NCBI RefSeq assembly: GCF_036971445.1
Contig: NC_091471.1
Span: 248,558,001-248,622,000 of the forward strand
DNA length: 64,000 nt
Direction: 5' to 3'
DNA from: Narcine bancroftii
Taxonomy: Eukaryota
The position numbers were made by a program, and so were the translations under genes. Numbering within the stretch: the stretch's first letter is position 1; each line of letters begins with the position of its first letter. This document shows, piece by piece, positions 11,985 through 23,950 of the stretch. The notes beneath the pieces were generated by a model. It worked only from the letters and a program-made list of their open reading frames with translations, searched no databases and was not told where the DNA came from.

Positions 11985-13969
11985 TGGATGCTGCCTCTCC
12001 ATTACAAATGTACAATGTACACTGAGAAGGTATTTGATAAGGTGTCACATAAAAGACCCTCCGGTGGGCAGCACGGTTGTCTCTCTAGATAGCAATCGGT
12101 GGTGAGCGAGTACCACGGGGATTGGTGCTGGACCCACAACTTGTCACAATACCTATATATTATTTGGAGGACAAAACTGAGTGCATCAAATTGTGCAGAG
12201 GGACACAGAGAGAAACCACGGAGATATTGGTTGGTTAAGTGACTGGGCAAAGGGTCTGGCAAATGGAGAGCAATGTTGATGAATGTGAGGTGATCCACTT
12301 TGGAAGAAAAAAAATAGATTTCACTATTATTTAAAAGGTGAAGGAGGAGCACTGTGACACCACTCCCGTGGTCCGCCATTTTCATTCGGGAGGACTTGAC
12401 CCTGAAAACCAAAAGGTTGGACTGCAGATGCAACAAGTAATCTAAAGGGCACGTGGAATGATGGTCTTTGTTACTAAAGGGATTCAATTTAAGAGCAGGG
12501 ATGTGGTGGGGTGGGGGGGGGGTGGAATTCTTGCAATGGTACAGAGTGCGCACAGTTCTGGTCTCCTTACCAGAGGTTGTGCAGATGAAGTTCACTAGGC
12601 CGGCCATTCTCAACCGTTATTTGGAGTCCCCCTTAGGATTCTGCTCAAAGTTTCTCAGCCTCCTTCCCCACAAAGCTGCCAAGTTTAGTTGGTTTCTTCC
12701 ATACTTCTCTCCCACCGACTATACAAAAAATATTTGTTACATGAGATGAAAAGAAAACAAGGTGTTTGCTTAAATGTGCCATGGCCCTCAGGGGTCAGTA
12801 GGAGAATGGCTGATTCTGGAGGAGAGGGGACGAGCCTATGAGGAAGAGATTAAGTATTCTGGACGAAAACTTGTTAGAATTTAGAGAAATTAGAGGAGAT
12901 CCTGTAGAAACATGTACAATTTATCCATTTAAAATGAGGTAGGGAGATGTTTGTTATTTTTGGTAGGAATTGAGGTGAAAGGCATTTGCATAGATGTATG
13001 GACTGGCCAGTCTGAACCACCCTGACCTTCCCTAACCCTCTTGCCTCCTCCCCAGATCTCCCAATAAATGCTGGCATGCCCGGACTTGCCCCCTCTTGCT
13101 CTTGTACCTGGAACTTGGCCAGCTCATGTATCAGTAATGCTTAGGTTTTTGGTCATTAAAGCTGTTTAATCACTCCATCGTGCTAATGTGATTATTGTGT
13201 GCGCCACAGGAACATACAGGTCAATACAGCATGGAGGGCCGAAAGGCCTGTACTGTGCTATAGTGTTAAACTTTTAAATTTAGACATACAGCATTTTGAC
13301 CCATGAATCTGTGCCGCCCAATTTACACCTCATTACCCTACACCCCTGGTACGTTACAAACATGGGAAGAAGCTGGAGCCCCTGGAGAAAACCCAAGCAG
13401 ACACGGGGAGAATGTACAAACTCCTTACAGACAGCGCGGGGCTCGATTTGGGGAGTGGATCAGGATGAACTGCTTCTTCCAGGGAGAGGTGATCTATGGA
13501 ATTCTCTGCAAAGCAGGTAGTAGAGGCTGCCTCATTGAATGTATTGAAGGAACAGACAATTGCAGTTCATTACCTCATGCACTGGATGGCAGCATTCTTC
13601 TGGGCAGATTTTACAAGAGATACAGAATATCCTGCTGTCCAATGCATTGAGAACAAAAGAACCTCTGTTTTCTTATGATTCTGCAAGGCACTGGGAAACG
13701 TCATTCCTGCACACTTGGAGACTGATGGCGATCTCTGATCATTAATTCCAGTCCTGTGGGCTGTTCACCTGGTTTACATTCCACATCCATTCTAGCTCTG
13801 CAGCATGTAGCAACCTGCATAACTCACCATGCCACAAAAATCCCTGCTCTGGTCTCAGAGCTGAATCTCTCAAACAGACTGTGAGCTGCAAAAGAAGCCT
13901 TGAACTGCTTGTTTACTTGCACCCTTAATAGATGATGCATCAAAGTGACAAGCGATCACAATTGGGGTG

Positions 13970-14760
13970 GGTATGGTCTGACATCGGAAACCACGGCAAA
14001 TTTCTACAGACGTGTGGTGGAAGCATGCTGACCAGCTACATAATGGCCCAGTCTGGGGACACCAATACCCAAGAGCGGAAAGCCCTGCAAAAGGTAGGCA
14101 CGGCCCAGTCTGGGGACACCAATACCCAAGAGCGGAAAGCCCTGCAAAAGGTAGGCACAGCCCAGGGCATCACAGGCAAAACACTCCCCACCGTCAAGAA
14201 CATCTATAGCAGTGGTTCTCAACCTTTTTCTTTCCACTCACATCCCACTTTAAGTAATCCATGCCATAGGTGCTCTGTGATTAGTAAGGAATTGCTTAAG
14301 GTGGGAAGGGAAAGTTTGAAAACCACTGTTTTAATCGTCCCTCATTGACTCGTTATGTGCACGGTTTCAGAACTCCAAAGGAAATGGGCCAATGACAATT
14401 TTTCTCAAGCAAAATATTTCAGTAACAATTGGGTCTAGAGCAGTAGTTCTCAACTTTCCCTTCCCACTCACATCCCACCTTAAGCAATCCCTTACTAATC
14501 ACAGAGCACCGATGGCACAGGGATTACTTAAAGTGGGAGTGGAAAGTAAAAGGTTGAGAACCACTGATCTATGGGGAACGCTGCCATCAGAGAGTAGCAG
14601 CGATCATCAAGGATCCACACCACCCAGCACATGCTCTATTGTCACTCCTTCCATCAGGAAAGAGGTCTAGGTGCCACAAGACTCGCACCACCAGGTTCAG
14701 GTACAGCCCCTCCACCGTCAAAACTCCTCAACGACAAACTCTATCAGGGACTCATTGAGT
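13970..14760 (+). mobile_element. L2/Rex-Babar-like LINE 3' fragment with an internal 57-bp tandem duplication
   Basis: Remnants QERKALQKV..AQGITG..LP. The duplicated unit starts at 14045 and 14102. Confidence 0.6.
14210..14566. mobile_element. hAT-type MITE, copy 1
   Basis: Terminal inverted repeat (TIR) CAGTGGTTCTCAACCTTT. 8-bp TSD ATCTATAG/ATCTATGG. Confidence 0.9.
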
Positions 14761-15909
14761 GTGAGGCAGTATGTGAGTGGGACTTGTCTGTGGGATCCAG
14801 AGCAAGCCAACAAATCAGTCCCAAAATTGACTTGGTACCAGGAGATAGGCAAGTGACTGGAGCTGTGTGTCTGGAGGTACACCACAGGATTCAGTGCTGG
14901 TGTTCCTGCTGTTTGCTCTCTGCACGAACAATTTTGATATGAATGCAGGAAGTACGATGAGTAAGTTTACTGTGACAAAAATTGACGATGTTGTGGATAG
15001 GGAGGGGGGCAGACTGAGGCCATAGGATGATATTGATGAGGTGATAAAAGGGGTGAGCCAGATCAAATTCTCAGAGAGCATAGGTGGACTGAAGACCTAT
15101 ATGACGCAAAACCATCTTACAATGGAACAGGAAAAGATGAGTTGAAATCCTTGGTTATCAGGGGGAATTCTGGAGTAAACTTTCTACAGGTGTACTGCGG
15201 AGAGCATTCTGACTGGTTGCATCACTCACTGGAACGGCGGTGCCAACGGGAAAAACCTTCTGTGGGTCCTTAACTTGGCCTGTGACATCACGGGCACCGG
15301 TCTTCACTCTATCGACGACATCTACAAGAGGCAGTGTCTCAAGAAAGCAGCCTCTATCCTTAATGACCCCTCCTCTCCACCACCCTCTTCACTCAGGAAA
15401 AAGGTACAGGAGCCTGGAGATGTGCATTCAATGGCAAAAGGACAGCTTCTTCCCCTCTGCCATCAGATTCCTGAATGGACAATGAAAACTACCTCGGAGA
15501 ATTACTCGGAACAAGTGATCCTCTGTTTTCTGATGACACTGCAAGGCCCTGGGAAACATCATTCCTGGACACTTGGAGACTGATGGCGATCTCTGATCAT
15601 TAATTCCAGTCCTGTGATGCCCTGGGCTGTGTCTACCTCAGGGCTTTCCGTTGAGGGGTATTGGTGTCCCCATACTGGGCCATGATGCAGCCGATCAGCA
15701 CGCTTTCCACCACACGTCTGCAGAAATTCGCCGAGGTTTCCGATGTCATACCAAACCTGCGCCAACTCCTGAAGAAAGCAGAGGAAGTTAATGAAATCCA
15801 TTCATGTTAATGAAAGGATTTGAGATGAAAGTAGAAGCGTTCCTTTGAAACCTTTCATAAGCTGACATGGTGTAAAGTGAAGAGGTAATTACCGTTAATT
15901 TCTGTGGGA

Positions 15910-16338
15910 ACATTTTTCGAGCCAAAAAATAACTCATCAAATCATTCCGGATTCATCTAATGGATGCACAAAATCAATTGAGAGAAAGCAGAGACTCACA
16001 CATTTGAAACCTAAGGCGGCTTGATGCTGAGTGTAGTTCCCAGGGAAGGACACTCTCGCTGCTTGGGGTGCACACTGCCTCTATAACGGCTCACCGCAAA
16101 ACAAACGCTATTCTTGCTTTTTGCCTACATTTTTCGAGCCAAAAAATAACTCATCAAATCATTCCGGATTCATCTAATGGATGCACAAAATCAATTGAGA
16201 GAAAGCAGAGACTCACACATTTGAAACCTAAGGCGGCTTGATGCTGAGTATAGTTCCCAGGGAAGGACATTCTCGCTGCTTGGGGTGCACACTGCCTCTA
16301 TAACGGCTCACCGCAAAACAAACGCTATTCTTGCTTTT
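15910..16338. repeat. Tandem duplication of 212 bp
   Basis: Copies at 15910-16121 and 16127-16338. Two substitutions seen; 5-bp spacer TGCCT. Confidence 0.95.
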
Positions 16339-17196
16339 CACCTTCTTCCGTAAAAGCGAAAATCCTCTTCAGATTTCTTTTGGCTTGCGGAAACAGGTAC
16401 TGGTGTAGGTCTTTCATAAAAGTGAAGTGGCGTAAAATGAACTTTTGGAAAGCGGGGGATGGGGAGATACCTGTATTTCTTGACGGGTAATTTATAGCAG
16501 TATTTGCACTATTACAAATGTTGTGCCATGTTCATGACAAGATTCTGATTGGTTTTATTGAAGGAAGTGTGTATATGTGTGCTCCTAGGTTGGGTGAAAC
16601 AGCGTTTCATCTGGTTGTATATAACCATATAACAGTTTACAACACAGAAACAGGCCATGTCGGCCCTTCAAGTCCGTACCGGTTCACTTGAACAACTCCA
16701 CTAGCTCCTCCGCAAACTCCTGAGGAAGCAGAGGCTCTCTTCATGATGCCACCCATGCGCTGGTTGTCATTATCTGAAAAATTTTACTAAGATGTATCTT
16801 GATTTTTGATAAGCCTGTGGTGCAGTCAGATGAAAGCAAACTTGAACTTGGCTCAATAATGAACAAATACGGTTGGGTTGATTGAACAATGAAGTGACGA
16901 GTTACCTAACTTGCGCCTCTTCCGCCCCTTCCCCTCCCCCCGTTCTGCTCAACCTCGACATACCTGATGAAGGGCTCAAGGCCAGATGCTGACTGCCTGT
17001 TTTCCGTGACAATTTACTATCCTGAGATGTCGGGGAGACTTTTAGCAGTGTGCGTTGGGAAATTGTGTCCAGTGCGTTGTGTGATCAGGAGCCTTGAAGT
17101 GAGAAAGCGGTCACAAGCCAACGATGGTCTGAAAACAAAGTTCTTCTTTCCAACATCTGTGTTTATTGTTACACCAATAACAAAAGTACATTTTCT

Positions 17197-17292
17197 TCAA
17201 AAATATATTCCGGTTACTTGTCCAGATGTCCCTGACATTTCAGTCGAAACAGCCCTTGTTATTTTATCACCTCCAATCTGAATCAGTGAAAG
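17197..17292 (-). CDS. Candidate alternative terminal exon of the ICAM/VCAM-like gene
   Basis: Acceptor ttctttgtcag, then 31 codons LSLIQIGGDKITRAVSTEMSGTSGQVTGIYF and TGA. AATAAA at 17167-17162. In phase with the internal donor AAA|GTGAAT at 21249. Confidence 0.4.
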   Translation of the reverse strand, partial: LSLIQIGGDKITRAVSTEMSGTSGQVTGIYF

Positions 17293-18261
17293 CTGACAAA
17301 GAATTGGCTCAAGTTTACATATGCAATAAAACACAAATATATTCAGGAACCAGTGAAAACACAAGATTAAGAATATGATGGAGAAACATATACTATTGTA
17401 ATTATATTAATGTTATAAAAGAAACAAATTATAATACACTATAAACAACTTGCAATCAGATTAATTGGTAAACTAGAAAATTGGGATTCAGGAAGCAGGA
17501 TTGGGTGAGCCAACAACTGATAGAACATTACAGCCCAGCAACAGGCCCTTCTCGTCTGTGCCAAATTATTTTCTGCCTAGTCCCAGTGACCTGCACCCAT
17601 ACCATATCCCTCCATACCCCTTCCATCCATGTACCTGTCCAAATTTACCAATTCAGCTGGCAGCTTGTTCCACACTCCCACCACTTTCCACATGGCATTT
17701 CCCCCAAATGTTCCCTTTATACTTTTACTCTTGTTCTGTTGCTTTTATCTCACCTACTTGTTCTCTATCCCCCTCATAATTCTGTCTTCCTCTATCAAAT
17801 CTCCCCTCACTCTTCTATGCTCTAAGGAATAAAGTCCTAACCTCCTTCTCTTTAACCTCGCTGTTTGTTTGCCTTACTTTCCCGGACTCTGTACCTGTTT
17901 CCTGATGAAATACAGATGCAGAAACAAAAAGCATTCAAGATCTCCCCCATCTCTTGTGGCTCCGTACATAACTGGCCACTCTGATCTTCAAGAGGACCAG
18001 ACTTGAATCTTTCTTTCCTTTTGCTCTTAATAGAATTATCATCTCCTTCTCTGCCAAAGCAACCTCATGTCTTCTTTTTTCCCTCCTGATTTCTTTTGCT
18101 TTTTCTTGCATTGATGGAAAATTAGAATTAAATTAACATAAAATGCAAGTAAAAACGCCAAAAGCTACAACTATACAAATAGACACAAGATGGTCACTGG
18201 TTTAAACTGGGGCACTGCACTGGTGGGCTTGAAACTATTACTGTAACACTGGGACACAATA

Positions 18262-18364
18262 CAGGTGCACATCCTTTATCCGGACATCTAAAATCTGGAA
18301 AGCTCCAAAAACCAGCATTTTTTTGTTTCCTGGTGCTGGTACAGCAGAGGGGTGGGGGCGGGGG

Positions 18365-18430
<66 letters not shown>

Positions 18431-18754
18431 AGCGTGACTCAGGTGGGCGGGGGGAGAGGAGAGATGGCAGTGCGACTCGGGAGGGTGAGGGGGGGGAAGA
18501 GAGACGGCAGCGTGACTCGGGCGGGCGAGACGGCAGCGTGATTCGGGTGGGTGAGTGGGAGGAGAGACGGCAGCGCAACTCAGGTGGGCGGGAGAGGAGA
18601 AAGATGCCAGCACGACTGGAAGGGGGTGGATACGGCAGCACAATTCGGGTGGGCTTAAATCTGGGGCAGCTGGCTTTTGTTCTGAAATCTGGAAGAATAT
18701 AAAATTCGGAACACACTATCCACCAAGGGTTCCGGATAAAGGATTGTATACCTG
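18262..18754. mobile_element. Tc1/mariner (Tigger-like) MITE containing a (GA)n microsatellite
   Basis: TA|CAGGTGCACATCCTTTATCCGGA...TCCGGATAAAGGATTGTATACCTG|TA, with a TA TSD. Confidence 0.85.
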
Positions 18755-19869
18755 TACTGGTGTTGGTAGGAAGATAACAGAATTGGTGGGAACAGATCTG
18801 TAACTGTGAAACACTGGGTTACAAAACTAGTGGAGGCAGGTCCATTACTGTACCACATTGACGCAGAGTACTGGTCGGGGCAGATCTGTCACAGTCTAAC
18901 ACTGGTGTACAGTACTGATGGAGACACGCCAGATTATTTGAATTACTCTCTCTCTCTCTCCCTGGGATTCTCCATGTTAAGGAGGCCAGTGCAAATGAAA
19001 TTAAGTGCAGTGTTTACTTAGCATGGGCAGAAAAGAAATGTCTCTGCTTGCTTACTTAGCGAAGGTAAAATTATTAGCTCTCAAAATTGCGTACAGCTAG
19101 ACTATTTTGAAAAAAAAACGTTAGTTTTACCAGGTTTTTCTGAATGATTTGGATAAAAGGGTGGAACAGTTATCATAAAGGGCATTACAGTTAGTGCAAT
19201 GCTGTTTCAGTACCATGGACTTGTACATTCTCTTCGTGTCTGCGTACATTTTAAACAGGTGAGAGGAAACCTAATGTTTAAAACACCCAATGGGGTGTAA
19301 TTGGGTGGCACGGCCTCATTGGACAAAAGGGCCTGTTACCATGCTGTAAAATATTTCTGTAGATAGATATCCATTTCTGTGGTTAGATACTTCCTCAGTG
19401 GAAACCTGCAACTGGAGGCAAAGTTCGAGGTTGCGTGATTGAGCATTTACATCGAGGAGGAATTTCTTCACCCTGAAATTGTGAATTGTAGGACATCCAC
19501 AAGTGGTTTCCTATTCAGTGGAAATGGGGGGGGGGGGGGGGGGTGGTGGGAAGTAATTGGGATGAGGCAGAATCAGCCCATTTCATCAGAATGCACCTGC
19601 CTCTGTTTTCCGTGCAGGGAGATGTTACTTCTGGTGATTAGGACATGGACTAGGAGATGGATTTTATGGAGCATCTTAAAAGCAGGAGAGAAATACCATG
19701 TTCTTGAGAAAAGGAACTGCAGAGCTTAACACTGAGGAAGATGAGGCCCAGCTCCCCTACAGGGGATCACGTGAAGAAGAGAGGGGAAATGGGCAGCAGT
19801 GAGTTTTGGGAGGTTTGTGCCGCTGGAGATTACAGGGATAGAAATGGATGAACGTTGAAACAGTACAGC

Positions 19870-20790
19870 ACAATACAGGCCCTTCGGCCCTCTATGTTGT
19901 GCCAAATCATTCCAAAAAAAAAACTAAAACCCTTTCTACCTCATGACCCTCTATTTTTCTATCATCGACATGCCTGTCTTTTAAATGCCCCTAATGTTTC
20001 AGCCTCCACCACCATCCCTCATAAGGCATTTGAGGCACCCACAACTTACCTCAATGTTCTTCCTAAACTTCCCTCCCTTCACTTTGAACAGATGTCCCCT
20101 GGTGTTTGCTATTCCCACCCTGGGGGAAAGGCGCTGGCCGTCCACCTTATCTATGCCTCTCATAATCTTGTAGATCTCTATTAAGTCTCCTCTCATCCTT
20201 CTTCACTCCAAAGAGAAAAGTCCCAGCTCTGCTAACCTTGCATCATAAGACTTATTTTCTAATTCAGGCAACATCCTGGTAAATCTCCTCTGCACCCTCT
20301 CCATAGCTTCCACATCCTTCCTGCAATGAGGTGACCAGAACGGAACTGTGGTCTCACCAGAGATTTGTAGAGTTGCAACATAACCTCTTGACGCTTGAAC
20401 ACAGTCCCCCTATTAATGAAGCCCAGCATCCCACAGGCCTTCTTAACTATTCTATCAACCTGCATGGCCACCTTGTTCCTCCACACAGTTAAGTATCCAA
20501 CCATTAACCCTGTACTCAGCCTTCTGGTTTGACCTTCCAAAATGCATCTCTTCACACTTATCTGGATTGAAATCCATCTGCCACTTTTCTGCCCTACTCT
20601 GAATCCTGTTGATATCCTTTTGTAACCTACAACGACCTTCGGCTCCATCTACAACTTCTCCAACCTTCGTATCAAATTTATTGACCCATCTTTATCTAGG
20701 TCAGTTACTTTAAAAAAAATCGTTGAGCAGGGGTACCAAAACAGATCCCTGTGGAACTCCACCAGTCACTGACGTCCAGGCGGAATACTT
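19870..20790 (-). mobile_element. CR1 LINE 3' fragment
   Basis: RGDLIEIYKIMRGIDKV, VKKACGMLGFINRG, LYKSLVRP. Confidence 0.85.
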
Positions 20791-21183
20791 TCCAAGAAGA
20801 TGTAAAAATAATTACCCAAGTGGATAAGAATATTGCCTGCCTCATATTTTATCCATTTTTAACATATTCAAGCATATAAGCAAATAGTTACCACAGAAAC
20901 AGATTATTGCACACAATGAACAATATTCATTTCCATTAGCAGGAAGGAAAGTCGAAGAACTCTGATGTTCTCAGTGTTGAAATTGATGACGGAATTCAGT
21001 GCATGTGGAAATCACAATAAACCTTTTGACACTAATTCAAAAACATCCCAAAATTCAGAATGTTCTCCAGAAAGATCTGTCTTTACGTTTAGTGCTGTAA
21101 GTACTGTCAGTAAACCATAGCAATGCAATCATCAAACCTCCCTCTGTAAAATTACTGTGTTAACTCAATTGAACCAATGAGTT

Positions 21184-21434
21184 TTACACCACTTGTATTT
21201 TTGAATCTGTTTGTGAGTGGTTTTGGATTACAAAATGGTTTGAATTCACTTTCTTTAAAGGGAACATTTCTTTATTTTCATTCCCTTGAGGGATTTCTTG
21301 ATTCTTGTTGGGCGTTGCATTTAGTACTTTATATTCTCCAGTTTTACGAGCTCTGTTTACTAGGTACCAGATGACTGCCAATATTCCTGCGGTCGCTGCT
21401 AAGATGAATAAAATGACCATCCACCACGTTTCAC
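21184..21434 (-). CDS. ICAM/VCAM-like gene, transmembrane and cytoplasmic exon with stop
   Basis: Acceptor gttccacag in phase 1. TM WWMVILFILAATAGILAVIWYLV, then a basic stop-transfer segment RARKTGEYKV resembling the ICAM/VCAM juxtamembrane KxGxY motif. TAA at 21184-21186. Confidence 0.9.
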
Positions 21435-21582
21435 CTGTGGAACATTCACAAAAGTGATTACAAGAATCATCAAAAGTGGAAGGCAAATATATCTAATAAA
21501 CCACTGATTCTTTGAAAAATTTATGACTTTTGCCACCCTCATTTTATTAACCTGAGATTTCATATGTAGGTAAAACTTATTA

Positions 21583-21969
21583 TTGTATATATTCGTGTAA
21601 TAGTCGACCCCCTCTTTTGGCCCCAAAATCATGTTTTCCCTATGGCCTGTGTAGAAGTCAGCCCCTCTATTCTTGGCCATCCGAGCTCCCAATGCCCCTG
21701 ACCAGGTATCGTCGCCTTGGCCACCTGCCCACCCAAGCTCCCGATGTCCCGAATGTGGAGTTCGACCATCTGAGGTCCCGACACCCCGAATGCAGACTCA
21801 TCACCTGATCCCGGCCATCCGAGCTCCCGATGCCCCGAACGCAGACTTACCACCCGATGCCTTGAACTTTTACTGCGGTCAAGGGTATGACTCATGTAAA
21901 AATTGTCCCTCCCAAATTTGACCTGAAAAGTTGGTCCAAAAAACTCGACTATTACATGAATATATACAG
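21583..21969. mobile_element. Tc1/mariner-type MITE
   Basis: TIRs tgtatatattcgtgtaatagtcga / tcgactattacatgaatatataca with TA flanks. Related inverted copy at 30975-31352. Confidence 0.7.
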
Positions 21970-22469
21970 TATTAATCTCATGATATTTATGAACACATTC
22001 TGCATACTAAGAATTTGGCCTGGTCACATCTGAGGTAAGGTCATTTACTTGGAGCATTAACTGTTTTATGCTAAGAGTTCCCACCATTTTCTGTTTTCAT
22101 TTCAGAGTTTCAGCTTCTGCAGCATTCTGCTTTCCAGTCACTGCCCTTTGTAACCAGCCTCCGGACTCTAAACTACATCACAGTCCTCCCTTCTACCATT
22201 TCTCATCTGGTGGTGAAGTATTTTGTCTGTGAGAAAACCAGCAAGGCCCAAGTAATCACGACATAATCCTTGTAGTGATACTGATTGAGGGATAAATAAT
22301 TGATTGGCCTCCGTGGAGAAATCTTCTGCTCTTCTTTGTAGAAGTGTCCATGTTTTCTTTATACAAGTCCAATTCCACATTTACTAGGTGGCCCTGTGAG
22401 TGTGTGCCCTCAGCACTGGGTGTGTGCTCAACATTCGAGCACAGCTCATCCAACCTGGTGTTTATCTAC

Positions 22470-22903
22470 TGTTAGGTCTGCTTTGTTCATGAATGAGTGA
22501 GACAAACACCAGGCTGAGTCGAAATCAGGGTTCTTTGTTCTTTATTACCGGATTGTAACACTTGCGACTAAACATGTTAGTCGGAGAATGCATTCTGCCG
22601 TTATCAGCAAAATGGTGATTTTTTTATACCCTTGGATACATGCTTAGAACATCATCATATCATTACTTGTCCAATGACTAAAACTGTTGCTATCCTTTCC
22701 CTGCTAGCTTCCTGCCTCTCAATCCATCAATGTCTCTCTTATCTTGTAAGTACAAGGATGCATTTACATCTTGTTACAGCCCTGTACATTCCCATCTCAT
22801 GATGTTTTACCTAACAGGAGTACAAGGACACCTCCCCTTCTTGTTACTGCCCTGTACAGGGTAACTCCCTACACATTCCCATCTCATGATGTTTTACCTT
22901 ACA
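22470..22903 (-). mobile_element. Solo LTR
   Basis: TGTTAGG...CCTTACA ends, 4-bp TSD CTAC, internal direct repeat, minus-strand AATAAA. Confidence 0.85.
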
Positions 22904-23099
22904 CTACGCAGGACGCCAACTTTCCCTTTGTTGGTTTGTACTCAGCTTTGCTCAATCTGAGAGACCTCCTGTTTGTCTCTTACATTGCCTTCCACAGCAT
23001 ATCCCCTCCATTCTCTGAATATGTACAGGGCTGATCCACTGTGTTTGCAGCAGGCCTGCGTTTTGTTTTGGACTGCCAATGGCCTGGAATTTATAACCA

Positions 23100-23950
23100 T
23101 ATAACAATTACAGTACGGAAACATGCCATATCGGGGGTTCTAGTCCGCACCGATTTACATGAAACTCCAATTAGTTCTACCTACCTACTCCCTGCCCGTA
23201 ACCCTCCAACCCCCTCACATCCAACCTCTTCTTAAATGACAGAATTGACCCTGCTGCAACTACCTCTTCCGAAGGTCATTCCACTCAGTCACCACACTCT
23301 GAGTGAAGAAGCATCCTCTTATATTACTTCTAAAGTTTTGCCCCCTAACCCTTAACTTACGATCCCTTGTTCCAATCTCCCCTACCCTCAGAGGAAACAG
23401 CCTATTCACATCTACTCCATCTATTCCCTTCATAATTTTAAAATCCTCTATCAAATCCCCTCTCAACCTTCTACGCTCCAATGAATAAAGTCCCAGTCTA
23501 CTCAATCTTACTCTGTATTCAAGTTATTGCAATCCAGGCAACATTTTTGTAAACCTTCTTTGCACCCTCTCTACCTTATTGATATCGTTCCTATAATTTG
23601 GAGACCAGAACTCCAAATAATACTCCAAACTTGGCCTCACCAATGCCTTAAACAGTCTCAACATCACCTCCCAGCTTCTATATTCTATTCTATGATTTAT
23701 AAAGGCCAGCATACCAAAAGACTTCTTCACCACCCTATCTACATGGGAATCCACCTTCAAGGAATGCTGAACTGTTATTCCAAGATCCCTCTGTTCCTCG
23801 GCATTCCTCAATGCCCTCCCCTTCACTGCATATGTCCTATTTTGGTTATTCTTCCCAAAATGAAACACCTCACACTTATCTACATTAACCTCCATCTGCC
23901 ATCTTTCAGTCCACCTTTCCAAGCAGTCCAAATCCTTCTGGAGTCCATTT
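23100..23950 (-). mobile_element. CR1 LINE 3' fragment
   Basis: LQKDLDCLERWTERWQM, ALVRPSLEY, ERVQRRFTKMLPG, LERRRLRGDLIE. Confidence 0.9.

Larger units (their letters stand above)
11099..12006 (-). mobile_element. Solo LTR inserted in an old CR1 LINE and itself interrupted by an RTE fragment
   Basis: TG..CA ends and 5-bp TSD AATGT at 11094-11098 and 12007-12011. Minus-strand AATAAA near 11165. The flanks rejoin as CR1-like sequence. Confidence 0.8.

Noticed and set aside
9801-13208. Possible additional solo LTRs at about 9801-10026 and 12952-13208
   Set aside because: TG..CA ends and poly(A)-like signals are present but no TSD could be verified.
1-17000. A second host gene downstream of the adhesion gene
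   Set aside because: No exon with recognisable protein similarity and compatible splice sites was found; short exons could have been missed by eye.
18194-18716. RE/SL dipeptide-repeat ORFs
   Set aside because: (GA)n microsatellite inside a MITE.
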